A stretch of DNA of 59,648 nucleotides, the filler included, from Basidioascus undulatus (taxonomy: Eukaryota): assembly GCA_000826855.1 (NCBI GenBank). It is 8 parts of 8 records of this genome, joined end to end, with 100 filler letters (N's around TTAATTAATTAA, not from the genome) between each part and the next. Parts side by side here need not be neighbours in the genome. Positions count along the whole stretch, not along the records: positions 29,888 to 37,265 come from JTLS01001568.1; positions 37,366 to 44,734 come from JTLS01001569.1; positions 44,835 to 52,195 come from JTLS01001570.1; 5 more parts are not named here. One strand, written 5' to 3'. A program made the position numbers and the translations under genes. Positions 34,166 to 47,589 of this stretch are shown piece by piece (the stretch's first letter is position 1; each line of letters starts with the position of its first letter). Under the pieces are notes generated by a model, which was given only the letters and a program-made list of their open reading frames with translations, made no database searches and was not told the origin of the DNA.

Positions 34166-37100
34166 GCTGGCCGGAGCTGATTAGGGTGGGTGGTGTCGGT
34201 AGCGGTGCGGTCGCCCTTATTATCGGCGGCGTTGGGTGGTGGTGGTGGTAGTGGTGGTGGGAGGGATGGTCGAAGGGAGGGATATAAGTGGGTTGAGGGC
34301 AAAAGAGGGTGGTGTGTGAGTGAGAGATAACCGAGCCGAGGTCCGGGGCGCGAATGAAGCCGTGGGTATTGAGGAAATTATGGATTAGCGAGCTGCAAGT
34401 ATAGGGCGCGTCGGGATGATGTGGGTGGAGGACTCAGAATGGCTGGGGGTGCAGCAGCAGGCCAGCCACGTCTAGGGAGGGAAAGGAAAGGATTCGATGA
34501 GGAGGAGCGAGGGCAAGAGAAGCTCGAAAGCAAGAAGGCGAAGGTGGCCTCGTGCAGGCGGATGTCGAACGCGTCTTGCAAGCGCCAGGGACAGAGAAAG
34601 AACAAAAAATGCAGCTAGATCACTGCGGATGGTGCAGCAATCGATAGCACTGTTCCAGCTTGTATCTCATGTGCCTTGTTTTATTATCTCTTTAGGTTGA
34701 GTTTCTTTTGTAGTGCACTTTTGTAGCCTAGCATGTGCACTGCCTGCAGGCGTCCCACTTCCGCCGCACCATGAGTCCATCTGGCATCAGCGAGACCATC
34801 AGCGAGATGTCCTCAACGCTTCGTTACAGCTTCCACAACCCCGCAGTGATGACTGCCTCGGGACGCGCGTTAAAACTGGGGCTGATGTCCTCCCACAGCA
34901 CATCCTTACCCCCAATCAACAGGAAATACAGATGAACGAGGCCTCGAGCACGGAAGGCGCGTCGCAATCGTAGGCTGTCACAACGTGTGTTCCCGACCGC
35001 ACGTCCGGACGCGTCGACTGTCCGATCATTCCTTCTCTTTCCCTGACCTCCTTTTCTGTGGTCTGCTCCTTCTCACTTTTCATCTTTGTCAACCTCGCCA
35101 ATAGCAGTGGGATTCTGCGCGTCCCTTCCGAAAGTGGGCATATTGCATCGATTGGATTCCATGGATAATAGAATCCCCTATCGCGCACGAACGCATGCTA
35201 AAGCGCTGCGGATCTAGGAAATCCGCTTCTGGTGGCAGTCGACGGCCGCCTGCAGGCGGGCAGCTTGCTTTTGGCTTGCTCCTGCTTGCTCGCAACGCAC
35301 TGCGAAAAGATGCAAGAAGAAGTTTGTAGAAGGCTCCATGCGGGCTAATTACAGAAGATAAGGCACCGATACCGAGGAAACTGCAAGCTGACGTGCAGCG
35401 GTCCGATCAAGAGGAGGGACACGCTCAGGACTTTCACATGCTCATGGTGTCCCTCAGACCCATGCAGGCGACGGTAAGATTTTCGTCTCTCAAGAGCGCT
35501 GCCAGAGAGACGTGCAGTGTTGCTTGGAGCATGCACAGGCAACTATTGCGGAGCCATACTGGATAACGTCACGATAATAATTTCATCGGTGTCTACGCAC
35601 GGGGGTTTCGCCTTTCGTGTTGCTAGCAACTCGGACATGCTGATCAGCGAGTTGACGCGTCGTGACATGACCGTGTCGGCAGTCTTCATCAAGGGAGTAG
35701 CAGGCAGCATTGAGCCTCCACTTCGCATGAAGTAGATATTCATGTTATAACGGAGTAGATACACGAGTCAACAGCTTGAATGGAGTAGTGTCGGGGTCGA
35801 TACAGGCATGCTTGAAGAAGTCGTGCGGCTCAGAAACGCATAGAGACTGAAGTCTTCCGCACCATCAATTTATGACAATTGACTTGGGATACTCAAGTAG
35901 ATGGGAAAGGAGCTCACGGAAGCTATGGTGCTTGTCCGCCATTCCGCGTAACGGGAGCTCCAGGATGTGAAGGTGTACCCTAGGGCTCGTTTTGTGCTTG
36001 ATAATTGCCAGGTCATATCGACTATCTTTACACGGTATATGATAGTCCCAAATACCGGTCCGGTTGGTATAAGGAATCTCTTTTACCGGGACCTAAATTT
36101 GATTATTGGGCCATTCAATCCTGAGAGTCTACGTCCGGGTTTCGTTGCTGTGCGCTGCAAGCAATGGGCAGCCACTATACTTCTGAAACGCAGTCTCGGT
36201 GACCTTGTCAATGACATGGAATCTATATGAAATTTTTCTTTAAAACATAACTTGACGGGAATGCTTTCTTCAAGCACGAAGCTGAAGCTGTCGTCCAACG
36301 TTTGTTGAGCACAGACTACATCTCGTCATACCATGTTCAAAATACCTTCCTTCAAACAGAAGACCACCATCACTCTCCCTCGTCATGATCGCCCCTGGCA
36401 GAGAGAAGGAAGCACGACGAGGGAAAACAAGAGGTGGCCAGCCCCTTGCCTCTCCCAGTCGAAAATTGAAGACGGTGTGATCTTGACCCCATATCATGAA
36501 CATGGGCTTGACTTCTGCGGTTGTCGGTGTAGAATCGCATTGTCGTTATGCACAGAGATCAGCTTGAAGAAGGAGAAGATACTGTAAGGGTGTTTGGGGA
36601 AGTGTCAGCGGCGGTAATAAAGATCGGCCAGGAGCTCCGGAGCTGGAGTGGGTTTGAGTGGCTGTAGAAGGTTGGTGAAATAAAATGAGAGGATGATCTG
36701 AGGGTTTCGATGGAGGGGTAATACTATGTCTTGCCGAAGGAGAAGGTGGGATGGCCACAGAAAGTGGCGGACAACGGGCCCGGGAAAGTGCACCACAGAC
36801 ATCTTCAATAACTCATCCTTGAGCTCTGAATCCCACCGAGGTTTCTTATAAGTATGGGGTACATCTCTTCCTGCCTCTGTTCAGCAGACGGACCAACGCA
36901 ACCCACGACATCGTTGAAAGACCTATGTGAGCCGGTTCTCGCTCCCCAGTACTGGAAGGTTTTAATGTGCGTCTCGCGGAGGCAGGATGAAGAGGACAAT
37001 CGCACATATCTCAACAAACGCAAGAACACTTATGGTACTTTAACATCCTACATGACAACTTAGGACTGTGGGATATCGTTCTGACCCACCGTGGCCTGGC

Positions 37101-37265
37101 TTTAGCGCAGCAGGGATCGTGGCACTCTTCTTTCTTCAACGCCATCTAACCACACAAGCACACCTATTGGACAGACGACCATTGTCCACATAGAAACTAT
37201 TCAATTCCGAGGGCTCCACATGCTACTAGGACCCTCGATCCGAGCCTCAAGTCCCCCCCCCCCCC

Positions 37266-37365
37266 NNNNNNNNNNNNNNNNNNNNNNNNNNNNNNNNNNN
37301 NNNNNNNNNTTAATTAATTAANNNNNNNNNNNNNNNNNNNNNNNNNNNNNNNNNNNNNNNNNNNN
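37266..37365. other. Artificial contig-concatenation linker
   Basis: N44-TTAATTAATTAA-N44. Confidence 0.99.
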
Positions 37366-38073
<708 letters not shown>

Positions 38074-38525
38074 CTATTGGGCAGCAGGTGCAGCGATAAG
38101 GTGGGTGTGGGCGATGTCGTGGGCGTCGGTGTCGAAGGGGCTCAGGACGGGCTCGTCAGCGAGAGTCGCGCGAGTGCGGGGCAGAAGCGGGGAACCAGAT
38201 TCCGCTCGCCAGCCTAGCTACTAGTACTAAACGGTGCGGCCGTCTTCCAGAAACGCTCAGCACCAGAGCTCGGTCCAATAATCTCAATGATTTTGAGTAC
38301 TTTCAAGAGTTATGTCGTTGATGTGGTCCTTCGAGAGCAAGCAAGGCTGAGCAGGTCAAGAAAAGATCGAGTTGCATTGTGTGAGGGCGCACCACCTCGC
38401 ACACTCTGACCAGCGTATACATTCTTTGCAGTGCACGTATGTGTTCGATAGTTCAACAAGCAGGTGTCCTTTGATGTTACAGAATAATTTCAGCAACTCT
38501 CCCAGCCTCATCGTCGAAGGGATGT

Positions 38526-39091
38526 TCACTCCTCATCGTCCTCGTCCTCGTCGTCACCCTCCTCAGCTGCAGAAATGGACAGTGTTCAGTCAAGAGGCAG
38601 CACAAAGGATAGAATGTAGTTCGACGAACCTGGGAGCTTGCTGTAGTCGATCTTGACCCCCCGAGTCCTGCGTCCGCCCTCGATCACGTTGCTCTGGTCG
38701 AGAGCAGCGAGCTCGTCTGCCCCGCACCGTGTCAACACCAGCTATCCAAGTTATCCAGAGTGGGAGACACAACATCACGTACCTCCTGAGACTTCCTCAT
38801 CGGACTCATCCTCGCCGCCTGCAGCCTCAGCCTCCTTGCCCCCCTCCTCCTCCTCGTCTTCCTCCTCGTCTTCCTCGCCCTCGGCCTCTCCCTCGGCCTC
38901 CTTCTCCGGCTCCTCCTCAGCCTTCTCAGGCTCGTCAACCTTTGCCCTGTTCGCCCAAACGCGATCAGCCACTCGACCCTGCTCGAGCCCGTCGCGCCCA
39001 CGTACTTCTTAGCCTCAACGTCCTTGACCTCCTCGGCGGGCGCATCCACCTCGTCCATCTTGCGCTTCGCAGCAGTCGTCTCGTCGGCCAT
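38526..39091 (-). CDS. CHZ1: Histone H2A.Z chaperone Chz1-like acidic protein; 3 introns
   Basis: Glu/Asp-rich protein with CHZ motif DELAALDQSNVIEGGRRTRGVKIDYSK, ending AEEGDDEDEDDEE*. Confidence 0.85.
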
Positions 39092-39329
39092 GGTGGAGTG
39101 GGTTTCTGGAGAAGTTGATCGGGGAAGCGTTTGGCAGGGCAGGGACGTGAGATAGTTGTGGTCCGCGGAAGAGAGACGCGTCCACATCCCGAACCCAATG
39201 TAGATGTTGAACGTCACGACTCGCGCGATTGGCTCGGCCCTAACGCGTAAAGCTATCGTTGCACAGCAGCCTGCCGCCAAACTACGGGCTTCGGTAGCAC
39301 CTTTCAGTCCATTTTACGGATATGTCGTC

Positions 39330-39371
39330 GCAGGTCGTGTCGTGCAGGTCGTGTCGTGCAGGTCGTGTCGT
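39330..39371 (+). repeat. Tandem repeat, 3 x 14 nt (GCAGGTCGTGTCGT)
   Basis: Three exact copies about 240 nt upstream of the CHZ1 start codon. Confidence 0.9.
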
Positions 39372-40232
39372 GTCTCTCTTGAAGGAGAATAGTCAAAGGT
39401 AGTGAAGTGTTGCAAGCGTGAGTGAAGTCCAAACGTCCAGGCGAGGTGGGCGTTTCGAAATTGCACTGCGCACTGCCTACTACTGTGTGTTGGTCCTGCT
39501 TGAATGACACATACTACTTAAGCTTTCAGAATGAATCGCTCGAGAGAAGAGCTAACGAGGTGACGGGAATGACTGATCTCTCCAATCAACGAAGTTCTGG
39601 GGCGATGCAGAAACGAGCATGGCTGGTAGGTCCCAGAGCTTTGAGGCAAGTGCATAATGAGAAGGCATTCAAAATCAAATATATGGGTGTAAGGACCAAA
39701 TAATTATTCTAAACGTTTTCGTTAACAAGGAACGGTGGTGGGCGACCCGTTCAATACCCCTGGGCGAGCGGGGGACTTGCCAACATCATTGATCGCTGCA
39801 GCCACTCAACGCTGACAGCTTGCGACGCGCTCAGTGGCCATCCGGTCCCAAGCATGTATTAGTACCAGTCTTCAAGGAGAGTTCGGTTGTGGAGAACTCG
39901 AGGAAGAGGAAGTGCGTCCGGTGGAGAACCACGAACTCCTCTTGGGACTGCATGGGATCTCTGTGTCTCTTTGAAGGTTGAAAATCAAAGAGACCCCGAG
40001 CACAATTGCTTGGTGGGTAAGAGCCATGCACATCTCCAGCAGTAGGGACGAAATTGTAATTTCGAAATCGTTAAAGAGACAGCCGCACGCACCAGTACCT
40101 ACGTTGTGAAAGAAGTGTTGCTCCGTGCTTCGGTCACGCCTCGACGGTGTGTATAAGACCCTTGTACGTGAATGCCCGAGCGTACATCAGTAGACGCGTC
40201 GCCCAAATCCCTCTTGCCTTCTCACGCCCATC

Positions 40233-41892
40233 ATGTCGTCCTCAACTCCGCATAATCTTCCACTGCTCACGACTATGCCCTCTGAGACCATCGTGCGGTT
40301 CTTCGAATTCCTTCCGATTTCCGACCTGCTCACTCTATCGCACCTCTAGGGGCGCTCCTGCGCTCTCCGCCCCAGCGCTCTACTCGACCGTCCACCTGGA
40401 TCTCACTTCGCACGGCCCGGCCTTCCCATTCTTTCATGAAGTGCACATTCGAAACCTCGACCTCTATGCAGTCTAGTACAAGCTTGTCACAAAGCCGCCG
40501 CTTTCGACGGGCCCCTTCATGGTAAGTGCCCCAACGCTTGAGCAGAAGCAGGCCGCGATCGCAAACCTCGAACGGGATGTGGCACTGCTCGAGCGTCTCG
40601 CCGCCCGCCAGGCTCTCTTCGAATCGTGCCGGTAGATGAGAATGTGCTAGACGTGCAGGATGTGGACCTTGCCGTTAGGCTCATCAATGCCTTGTCGAAC
40701 CTGCCTCGCCTCGCTCACCTCGATCTGAACGTCGCGCTGGGACAGCTATATGTGATCCAATGGCCGGCCAGCCCAGACTCGCCGCCGGCACTTTCTAATC
40801 TCAATTCGATCTTTGTCAAGGGCAGACACGGGGCCATCGCACCATTCATCGCTTCTTTCGTCAAGCGCTCCATCGTTGCCTCTTCAGGCTCGCTCTGCAC
40901 TCTGCGCATTTTTACCTCTGGTGTCCCGGATTTCAACCAGGTGCTACCCCCTGCAACAACCTTCGATTGACTCACAAGACTTGAATTAGCGGTGTCTTCC
41001 TGCATTCTCCGGCGGTGTTGCACAAGTTCCTCGGCCGCCACCCGCGCATCACGTTAATACACATCACCGGGACTTCCTTGCGCGTTTCCGGTGCAGCCTT
41101 ATCAGGCACACAGCATCCTTTGGAGGGTCTTCCGGACTCAACACTTCCCCATCTTCGCTGCCTCGTGGGTAGCATCGCGGGTGCGTGCCACATTCTCGCT
41201 TCAGCAACGCGGTCTTCGCTGGAGGAGCTCGATGTGCAGGAGGGCAGCAGTTTCGGCTCTTCGGCGCGGAATTTGCTCAATCTCGTCCAGAAGCAGCGTC
41301 TTCTTTGAAAGCGCTCCGGGTAGTCGATGCCGATCCTGGGCCGCAGCTCGGATTGTCGACGGCGTGCTGTCTTCCTTCGCGGCGCTAGATACAGCGTTCT
41401 GATTGGATATAGCTTGAACGTGCGTGTGCTTGCATTACCTCCGCGATAGTCTCTCCTTGCGCGCCTGTCCTGACGGCCACCCGCCTCGGACCGATTGCCC
41501 AACAGCCTGTAGCGTTAGCCTCGGTGCTTGCGCTTTTTACCCGCCTGCGATACCTCAAACTCGGTCTCAGCTTCGTGTCGTGCGGCTCCCGGGCAGATAT
41601 CCAAGCGCTTTGTGATGCTCGCGTAGGATCGTGTCCGTTGCTCCGTTTCATCTGCTTCCATTTCGGCCAGGTCTTCGGGAACGGCCCGGGCGGTGGTCAA
41701 CTATGGGAGCAGGGTGATGCGCAGGGCAAGGAAGCTAAGGCAGGCGAGACGCCGGTTCTCGATATTCGATTCGTGATGGGATGGATGAAGACTGGTCTCT
41801 GCTGTATGCTGTACTGCAACTTTCTGAGTGGTTCCATGTGCATGAGCGATTGCGCCCCGATGTTGCACAGCACGAGAAGCTCCATTTTATAA
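40233..41892 (+). pseudogene. Frameshifted F-box/RNI(LRR)-like gene
   Basis: MSSSTPHNLPLLTTMPSETIVRFFEFLPISDLLTL (F-box) hits a TAG and continues in another frame as RTSR...APALYSTVHLDL. LRR-like pieces (LPRLAHLDL, LPHLRCL, LEELDV, LRYLKL) are scattered over several frames. Confidence 0.65.
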
Positions 41893-42492
41893 GCACAGTT
41901 GGAAATTTGACCAGTACATCCCGGTTACAGCCCACAGTCACGGATGTACTACACGCACCCACTTCGGGAGTCAGGCTGCAGGCATCACACCTCACATGCA
42001 CCCAGTCCCACAGCAAAAGCTACCTTTCCCACTGCACTGTGCCCGTTACTCGCACTACTTGAAGGTCATGAAAATTTCGCCCTTACAAGAATGTTGACTT
42101 CACGTGGAGCTCTCGGGAGCATGCGCATCTCAGTGCAAACGTGTAGTCGTCTTCATCGAAACTTCAGACGGTGAATATCTGTGCAGTCAGTTCACAGAAA
42201 AAAGGACAAAGATAAGCTCTGTACGCCCGTCAAAATCCTTGTCACAAGCAAATAGGGTGGAGGGCCTCGGCAACCCATAATAAACTAGAGCACTCCGCCG
42301 ATAATTAGCCGCACCCTCCAGCCGCTTCCAACCGCTGTGTGCACGGCACTTTGGAGCGGAGGTGTCCATGAAGCTCGGTCAAATGATGGCGGCACGTAGG
42401 ATGTATGCGCCGATTGGAGGGGTATACAAATCACCGACCTGAAGAGGCAGCCAGTCTTCCCCCCATCGAACCACCCGAATCGCCCTGCAACA

Positions 42493-44091
42493 ATGGTCAA
42501 TACCAACGCACTTCTCGCGTCCCTGAGCGTGCTCACCCTCTCCCACCTCGGGAACACACTGGCCGTCCCCAATGCAGCTGTAACCGCGAAAAGTACCGCT
42601 TCTGGATCTGCGGCGGGAGCCACGCCAGTGTCGGAGGAGCGGATAGCAGAGCTGAAGCTGCGTGAGGTGAGTGCGTGTATTCGTGAGCCGCTTCAAAAAT
42701 GCTTCCATTTTGTGTTTTTACTACCAGGCTGCTGTATGGACCGCCGCGTCCACCTGTATCCGCCCTCCGATCGGCAACGACACGTTCTCCTGCGGCGGTA
42801 CGCTCTCGACGTCTGACCCCCACAGCCTGAGCCCACTCCTGAACTTCCCACTTTCCAACCCTCAGCATGTTCTGCCGTCCCCGACACCCAAATTGTCAAG
42901 CCCTTCGGGGACAGCGATGCTACACTTGAAGGCTTCGTCGGCTAGTGCGCAGTCACTTACCCACCTCTCGCTTCCTCCCACAAAGCGAGCTCACGATTCC
43001 CCACCTCAGCTCGCCCTCGAACAACCTGATCATCGTCGCCCACGAAGGGACGAACACGACCTCCGCTCTTTCTTCGGCGTACAACGACCGCTCAAACCTC
43101 GTTCCGTGGCTGTATGGGCCCGCGGACGCCCCGCTTGATATCCTGGTGCACGATGGGTGCGTGTCTTTGCGCCCTCTCATCCCTCTCCGTGCTTTTTCTG
43201 ATTGAGCGTTTCAAAATGACAAAATGATGGAAAATAAACAGTTACCAAGCCTCCTTCGCCCAGACAAAGGACCTCGTCCTCCAGACAGTGAAGCAGCAGG
43301 TCGACGCCCACCCGGGCGCAGTAGTCCTTGCCACAGGGCAAGTCACAGCCGCTTTTCAAAATGAGCTCCCTCACGCTGCACATGTACTATTCCAGGTGGA
43401 GCAGTGGCATACATGGACGCCCTCTGGCTCAGGACGCAGCTGCCCCAGTCGGTCGTCGTGAAGGGATTGCCGTTCGCTTCCCCGCGCCCGGGAAACGCGG
43501 CGATGGCGGATTATATAGATTCTTTGGTCAATTGATGGTCATCATAGTAGTTCCCGCAGTATAAGGTCCTGACGCGCTTGATCTTTCTGTACAGTTCGGA
43601 GACGACCTCTGGCTCGTCATCGTAAGGCGCAGTCCAATCTGCTCCAGAGCTTCTCATGTTGAATTTCCCAAGCTGACCTTCCCAATGCCGGATAACAGAG
43701 GGAAAACGACACGGTACCCCTCAAACCCGGGCGCGAGTTCGGGTTCCAGCGGTGCGCTTTCGCCCTCCCACCACGTTTCTCCTCCGGCCCTCTCATGTCC
43801 CCCACGCTCCGACAGGCCAGGCAACGTGATCTGGTACCGCGCCACGAACGAGACGCTCTCTTGCACGGAGCAAGAAGATCCCGGTTTGTCTTCGCGCTCA
43901 CCTCCATCCTCCTGTATGATGAACACTCACAGCACGCCTCAGCCTGCAAGCCCGCCTTCGTCAACGCGGGCCCTGCGCCGCTGAGCAACACGGACCACTG
44001 TGGGCCATATTACGACATTACCCTTTGTAGCGGGAACTGTGCAGTCAAGCCGGGCGAGGCTGCGCCGAAGGCGACGACGTGCAGCGCTTGA
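42493..44091 (+). pseudogene. Secreted class-3 lipase-like alpha/beta hydrolase with frameshift lesions
   Basis: Signal peptide, GFVGY | SPSNNLIIVAHEGTN, LVHDG, VVLATG, GGAVAYMDALWL, FASPRPGN, DTVPLKP, TDHCGPYYDI. There is a frameshift at about 42907-42910 and no intact G-x-S-x-G elbow at about 43385-43400. Confidence 0.7.
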
Positions 44092-44734
44092 TTCGGTTGG
44101 GGAGTTGGAGTTGGTGGACTCGGATAGTACGCGGCGGAGCGGAATACAATCACCACTGGTGTTAACGAAGGCCCATATGCGTGTACCTACGTATGGATAT
44201 TAGCCCAAGGTCCTCGAGCGCCACAGATGGCAAAGTGTAAGGCAAGGCCGCGGTGAAAAACGAACGAGAAGCACACAGAGCCTGTTGAGCGGCTAGGCGA
44301 TTTAGTTTGAAGCAAGGGATTGCGCACTCGTCCCACTGTACAGTGTCCTTGAATTTCAACTACTGAGCGTTCTTTATTGATCGATATGCAGATGAAATGC
44401 AAGAGGAGACTGATGCTGTTACCGGGAGCCCGCTGATTATGATGAGAAGATGCTGCAAATGACCGTTAAGGGCGCTGAACATCAACGTATTGATTGAAAT
44501 GAGCAACGTTTCAAGGAGTCAGACACTGCTGTTCAACAAGTAACTCGAACCCCCCGGCCGGTTTATAGATTCCTCGCGTGCATCTTTTGCAGGGTGGGAA
44601 CGAGAAAATTCTGTTCCTGGCAATCTGCTTTTATTGTAGCTCGGACGGTGAACGATTCCTTCGCTACGCCGAGTCATCATGTGTTCGGCTTGTCAGTGAT
44701 GTTTGGTGCACCCCGAGACGTTCGGAAACTCGCC

Positions 44735-44834
44735 NNNNNNNNNNNNNNNNNNNNNNNNNNNNNNNNNNNNNNNNNNNNTTAATTAATTAANNNNNNNNNN
44801 NNNNNNNNNNNNNNNNNNNNNNNNNNNNNNNNNN
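44735..44834. other. Artificial contig-concatenation linker
   Basis: N44-TTAATTAATTAA-N44. Confidence 0.99.
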
Positions 44835-45380
44835 CCGCTTCTGTTCGCTGTCCGTGGCTCTGACAGCGTTCCTTATCTCCCGCAGGACCTCCTCTTCAAC
44901 CTCCCAGTGACCGAGCAGGTCCGTCCCCTCCCCCCCATCCCGTCCCCTTCCCGTCAAAAGGGTTATCAACTGAGAACTCTGTGCTTTGTAGTACTCCAAG
45001 TCAGGCGAGAGCGCCACGTCCGTCGTCCCGGGCCTAGGGAACCTTCACCCGGGCACGAAGACGCACAAGCTCTTCGCGCGCGCAGTGGGGACTAACAAGG
45101 AGTGCGTTCTCGTTCTCACCCCCCTCCTCTTTCTCTTCTTATTAGTCCGGATACTGACGGGACGGGTGGTGGTGCAGGGCCATGACCCGCGATGCGAAGA
45201 AGGTCGCGAGCTGGGACTTTGAGCGGATCGTGCCGTGCCATGGGGTACGTTGGCCGATTTAGACGCAACGGGAAGTGAGAGGAGAATAGGCTGATGAGAG
45301 TGGTGGGCTGGTAGGACGTCATCGAGAAGGACGCGAAGAAGGCGTGGTTGGACGCGTACAGCGCGTTTTTGGAGGGCTGA
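44835..45380 (+). CDS. 3' part of a DUF4336-like (metallo-beta-lactamase-fold) protein
   Basis: Exons DLLFNLPVTEQ | YSKSGES...AVGTNK | AMTRDAKKVASWDFERIVPCHG | DVIEKDAKKAWLDAYSAFLEG*. Confidence 0.8.
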
Positions 45381-45542
45381 GGCGGTGAGGCTGGCGGGTG
45401 GGGTGCGGTCTTATGAGGTTTAGGCGAGATGTCTAGACGGGACTTTTCTACGAGGTTTGTTTGGCTCCGAGGTGTTCGGATGCCAGACTTCCGAGCGATG
45501 CCATCTCGGTTAAGCGGCACTTCCATGAATAAGAAAAAAAAG

Positions 45543-47060
45543 CTATTCGGCAAAGTCCACCGCCGCACCGGGCACGACCTTGCGATGCAGCCAGCCTCGC
45601 GAACCGGCTGATTTTGTCCGGCAGGAGTGCGTGCGGTGACCCGGACTCTACGAGGACGCCGTCGTCGAGGACGAGGATGTGGTCGAAGTCGACGATGGTC
45701 GCTGAGGGGGCATCCTCTCGAGTCAGTGAGGAGGGAACCATGGAAAGCGGAAATTGACCGGGAGGAGCGCGAAGAGCGGCGTACCGATGCGATGCGCGAT
45801 GGCGATGACTGTCTTGCCTTTCAGCTGAGTGGCGACCACCTCGCCGATCTTGCAGTCCGTCTCGAGGTCCATCCTGCAACGGCGTAGTGTCAGCAGCTGA
45901 GAATCGGCAGCACAGCCGGTGAAGGACGAGCGTACCTGCTGGTAGACTCGTCCAAAACGATGATGTTGCGGTCGCGGAAGAGCGCACGAGCGAAGCAGAG
46001 GAGTTGACGCTGTCACAAGAAGCGTACTCAGTACTTCGACGGATGGGTAAAACAGTCCAGCGGAATGCGCAGCGCACCTGCCCACGAGAGAACGACTGGC
46101 CATCGTCCAAGATCGTTTCGAGCTTCCCTTCAAGCTCCGCGACCGCTTCGTCCATCTCAACCCTCTTCAGAACGTTCCACAGCTCCTCGTCGCTGTGCAG
46201 GCCTTCGGGAGATTGTCCCGGATGGAGGCGTGTCAGATGAACGGGTTCTGCGAGACGATGCTGTCGGTGGGCGATCGTAAGAAACATTGTGTCAGACCGG
46301 ATCAGAATTGAGTGGAATAATGATCGGTTTACCAGAGGGCTGAACGCAGGACGGGGAGCGACAGTGAGCTGATGCGGATGCCGTTGATCATGATAGCCCC
46401 GGATGTGAGAGCGGGTGCGAGGGTGCGGAAGAGTGCAAGGACAGTCGACGATTTTCCAGAGCTGTGGGGGCCCAATACTTTCAGATGAAGAATTTCTTCT
46501 TTGTAGGGGACGAACGCCACCCACCCAATGCGTCCGCAAATGCCGACCTTGGTGCCTCCGTCGATAGCAAAGCTGAGCTCCTTCAGCGCCGGCTCGAGCT
46601 CGGGGCGATACCGGAGTGTGAGCTTGCGAAACTGTAATTAGACCATATTTTCGGTTGAGACAAAATATCTTCGGGTAATAAGATGCAGCCCCACCTCGAT
46701 ACGACCCTTTACAGGCCAGTGAGCGGGCGGTGGCACGGGTGGATCGGCGTCTTCCTGCTCTTCAGCCTCCGAAGGCAGCTCGGAAATCTCCCGCACCCGG
46801 TCGATTGAGACGGCCTGAACCGCGGAGGGGGGTGAGCATCGATGGCACAATGGATGGCTACGCAACGATTACGGACATGTGCTCAAAGTACACCGTAAAG
46901 TCCAGGGTTCTGCAGTTGGAACTAGGGCCAAATGCTCCGTCGTTTGCGCACAGCGAAAGGGACATGGCGTGGTGGATCACCAGGCAGTTGTGAGGGCGAA
47001 GCTCAAGAGGGCCAGTTCGGAGAGGTGGCAATGTCGAGGTCGATAACAGCAGCGGCAGCG
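45543..47060 (-). pseudogene. 5'-truncated ABCC/MRP transporter pseudogene (end of TMD2 plus NBD2)
   Basis: VSIDRVRE, HWPVKGRIE, LRYRPELEPALKELSF, Walker A GICGRIG | SGKSS (usual Thr replaced by Ile), FSRGQ | RQLLCFARAL, VLDESTS, IAHRI. In-frame TGA at 46233-46235 followed by a frameshift. No N-terminal half is present upstream. Confidence 0.85.
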
Positions 47061-47399
47061 ATTCGAGAACGTTTGAGGTGGGCAGCTCATCTTCCAAATA
47101 AAGCAGGCGGCAATGGCTCGGGCTCGGTTTCGTTGGGCTCGGTTTCTGCGAGCCTAACTCGATGAAGGCGCTATGTGGGCCATGCGGTCGCTGCGTCGGA
47201 CCGCGTGCCTGCCTGGCCCTGATCTTTTCTGTCAACTTACAGCTCGCCAATTTTCTTGTTTTAATGGTGGTTTGAAGTTCTGGTATCTCCTGGTGTAGGC
47301 TTAGGGCATACTTATCACTAATTTATGCATTTCAATCGTCGGCGAGGATTTCGGTTATATCAGGGAGTGTTAGGTAGTAAGTGGCTCCATTTCAGTGAC

Positions 47400-47497
47400 G
47401 GCCTGATGGTCTAGTCGTATGATTTTCCCTTCGGGGTTCGAAGCCCATGCTCTAGCATGTCTGGGAGAGGTCCCGGGTTCAATTCCCGGTCAGGCCC
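47400..47497 (+). tRNA. tRNA-Pro(CGG) with a 26-nt intron (47436-47461)
   Basis: Acceptor stem GGCCTGA/TCAGGCC, Pro-type D arm TGGTCTAGTCGTATGA, anticodon stem TTCCC/GGGAG, anticodon CGG at 47432-47434, intron at the canonical 37/38 site, T arm CCGGG-TTCAATT-CCCGG. Confidence 0.9.
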
Positions 47498-47500
47498 GTC

Positions 47501-47505
47501 TTTTT
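47501..47505 (+). terminator. RNA polymerase III terminator (T5)
   Basis: TTTTT three nt after the tRNA discriminator base. Confidence 0.75.
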
Positions 47506-47589
47506 GCGTGTCGTGCTCCATATCCTATGTATGTTTTGCGTTCTCATGACGTTTATCGAATGAAGCATTTCCACAGCTCGCACTTCATC

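Noticed and set aside
45448..46539. 363-aa ORF as a complete ABC ATPase
   Set aside because: The ORF reads through introns and mixes frames; the underlying spliced gene has a stop, a frameshift and no N-terminal half.
47419..47560. N-terminus of the 191-aa ORF
   Set aside because: It overlaps the tRNA-Pro gene and its terminator; not credible coding sequence.
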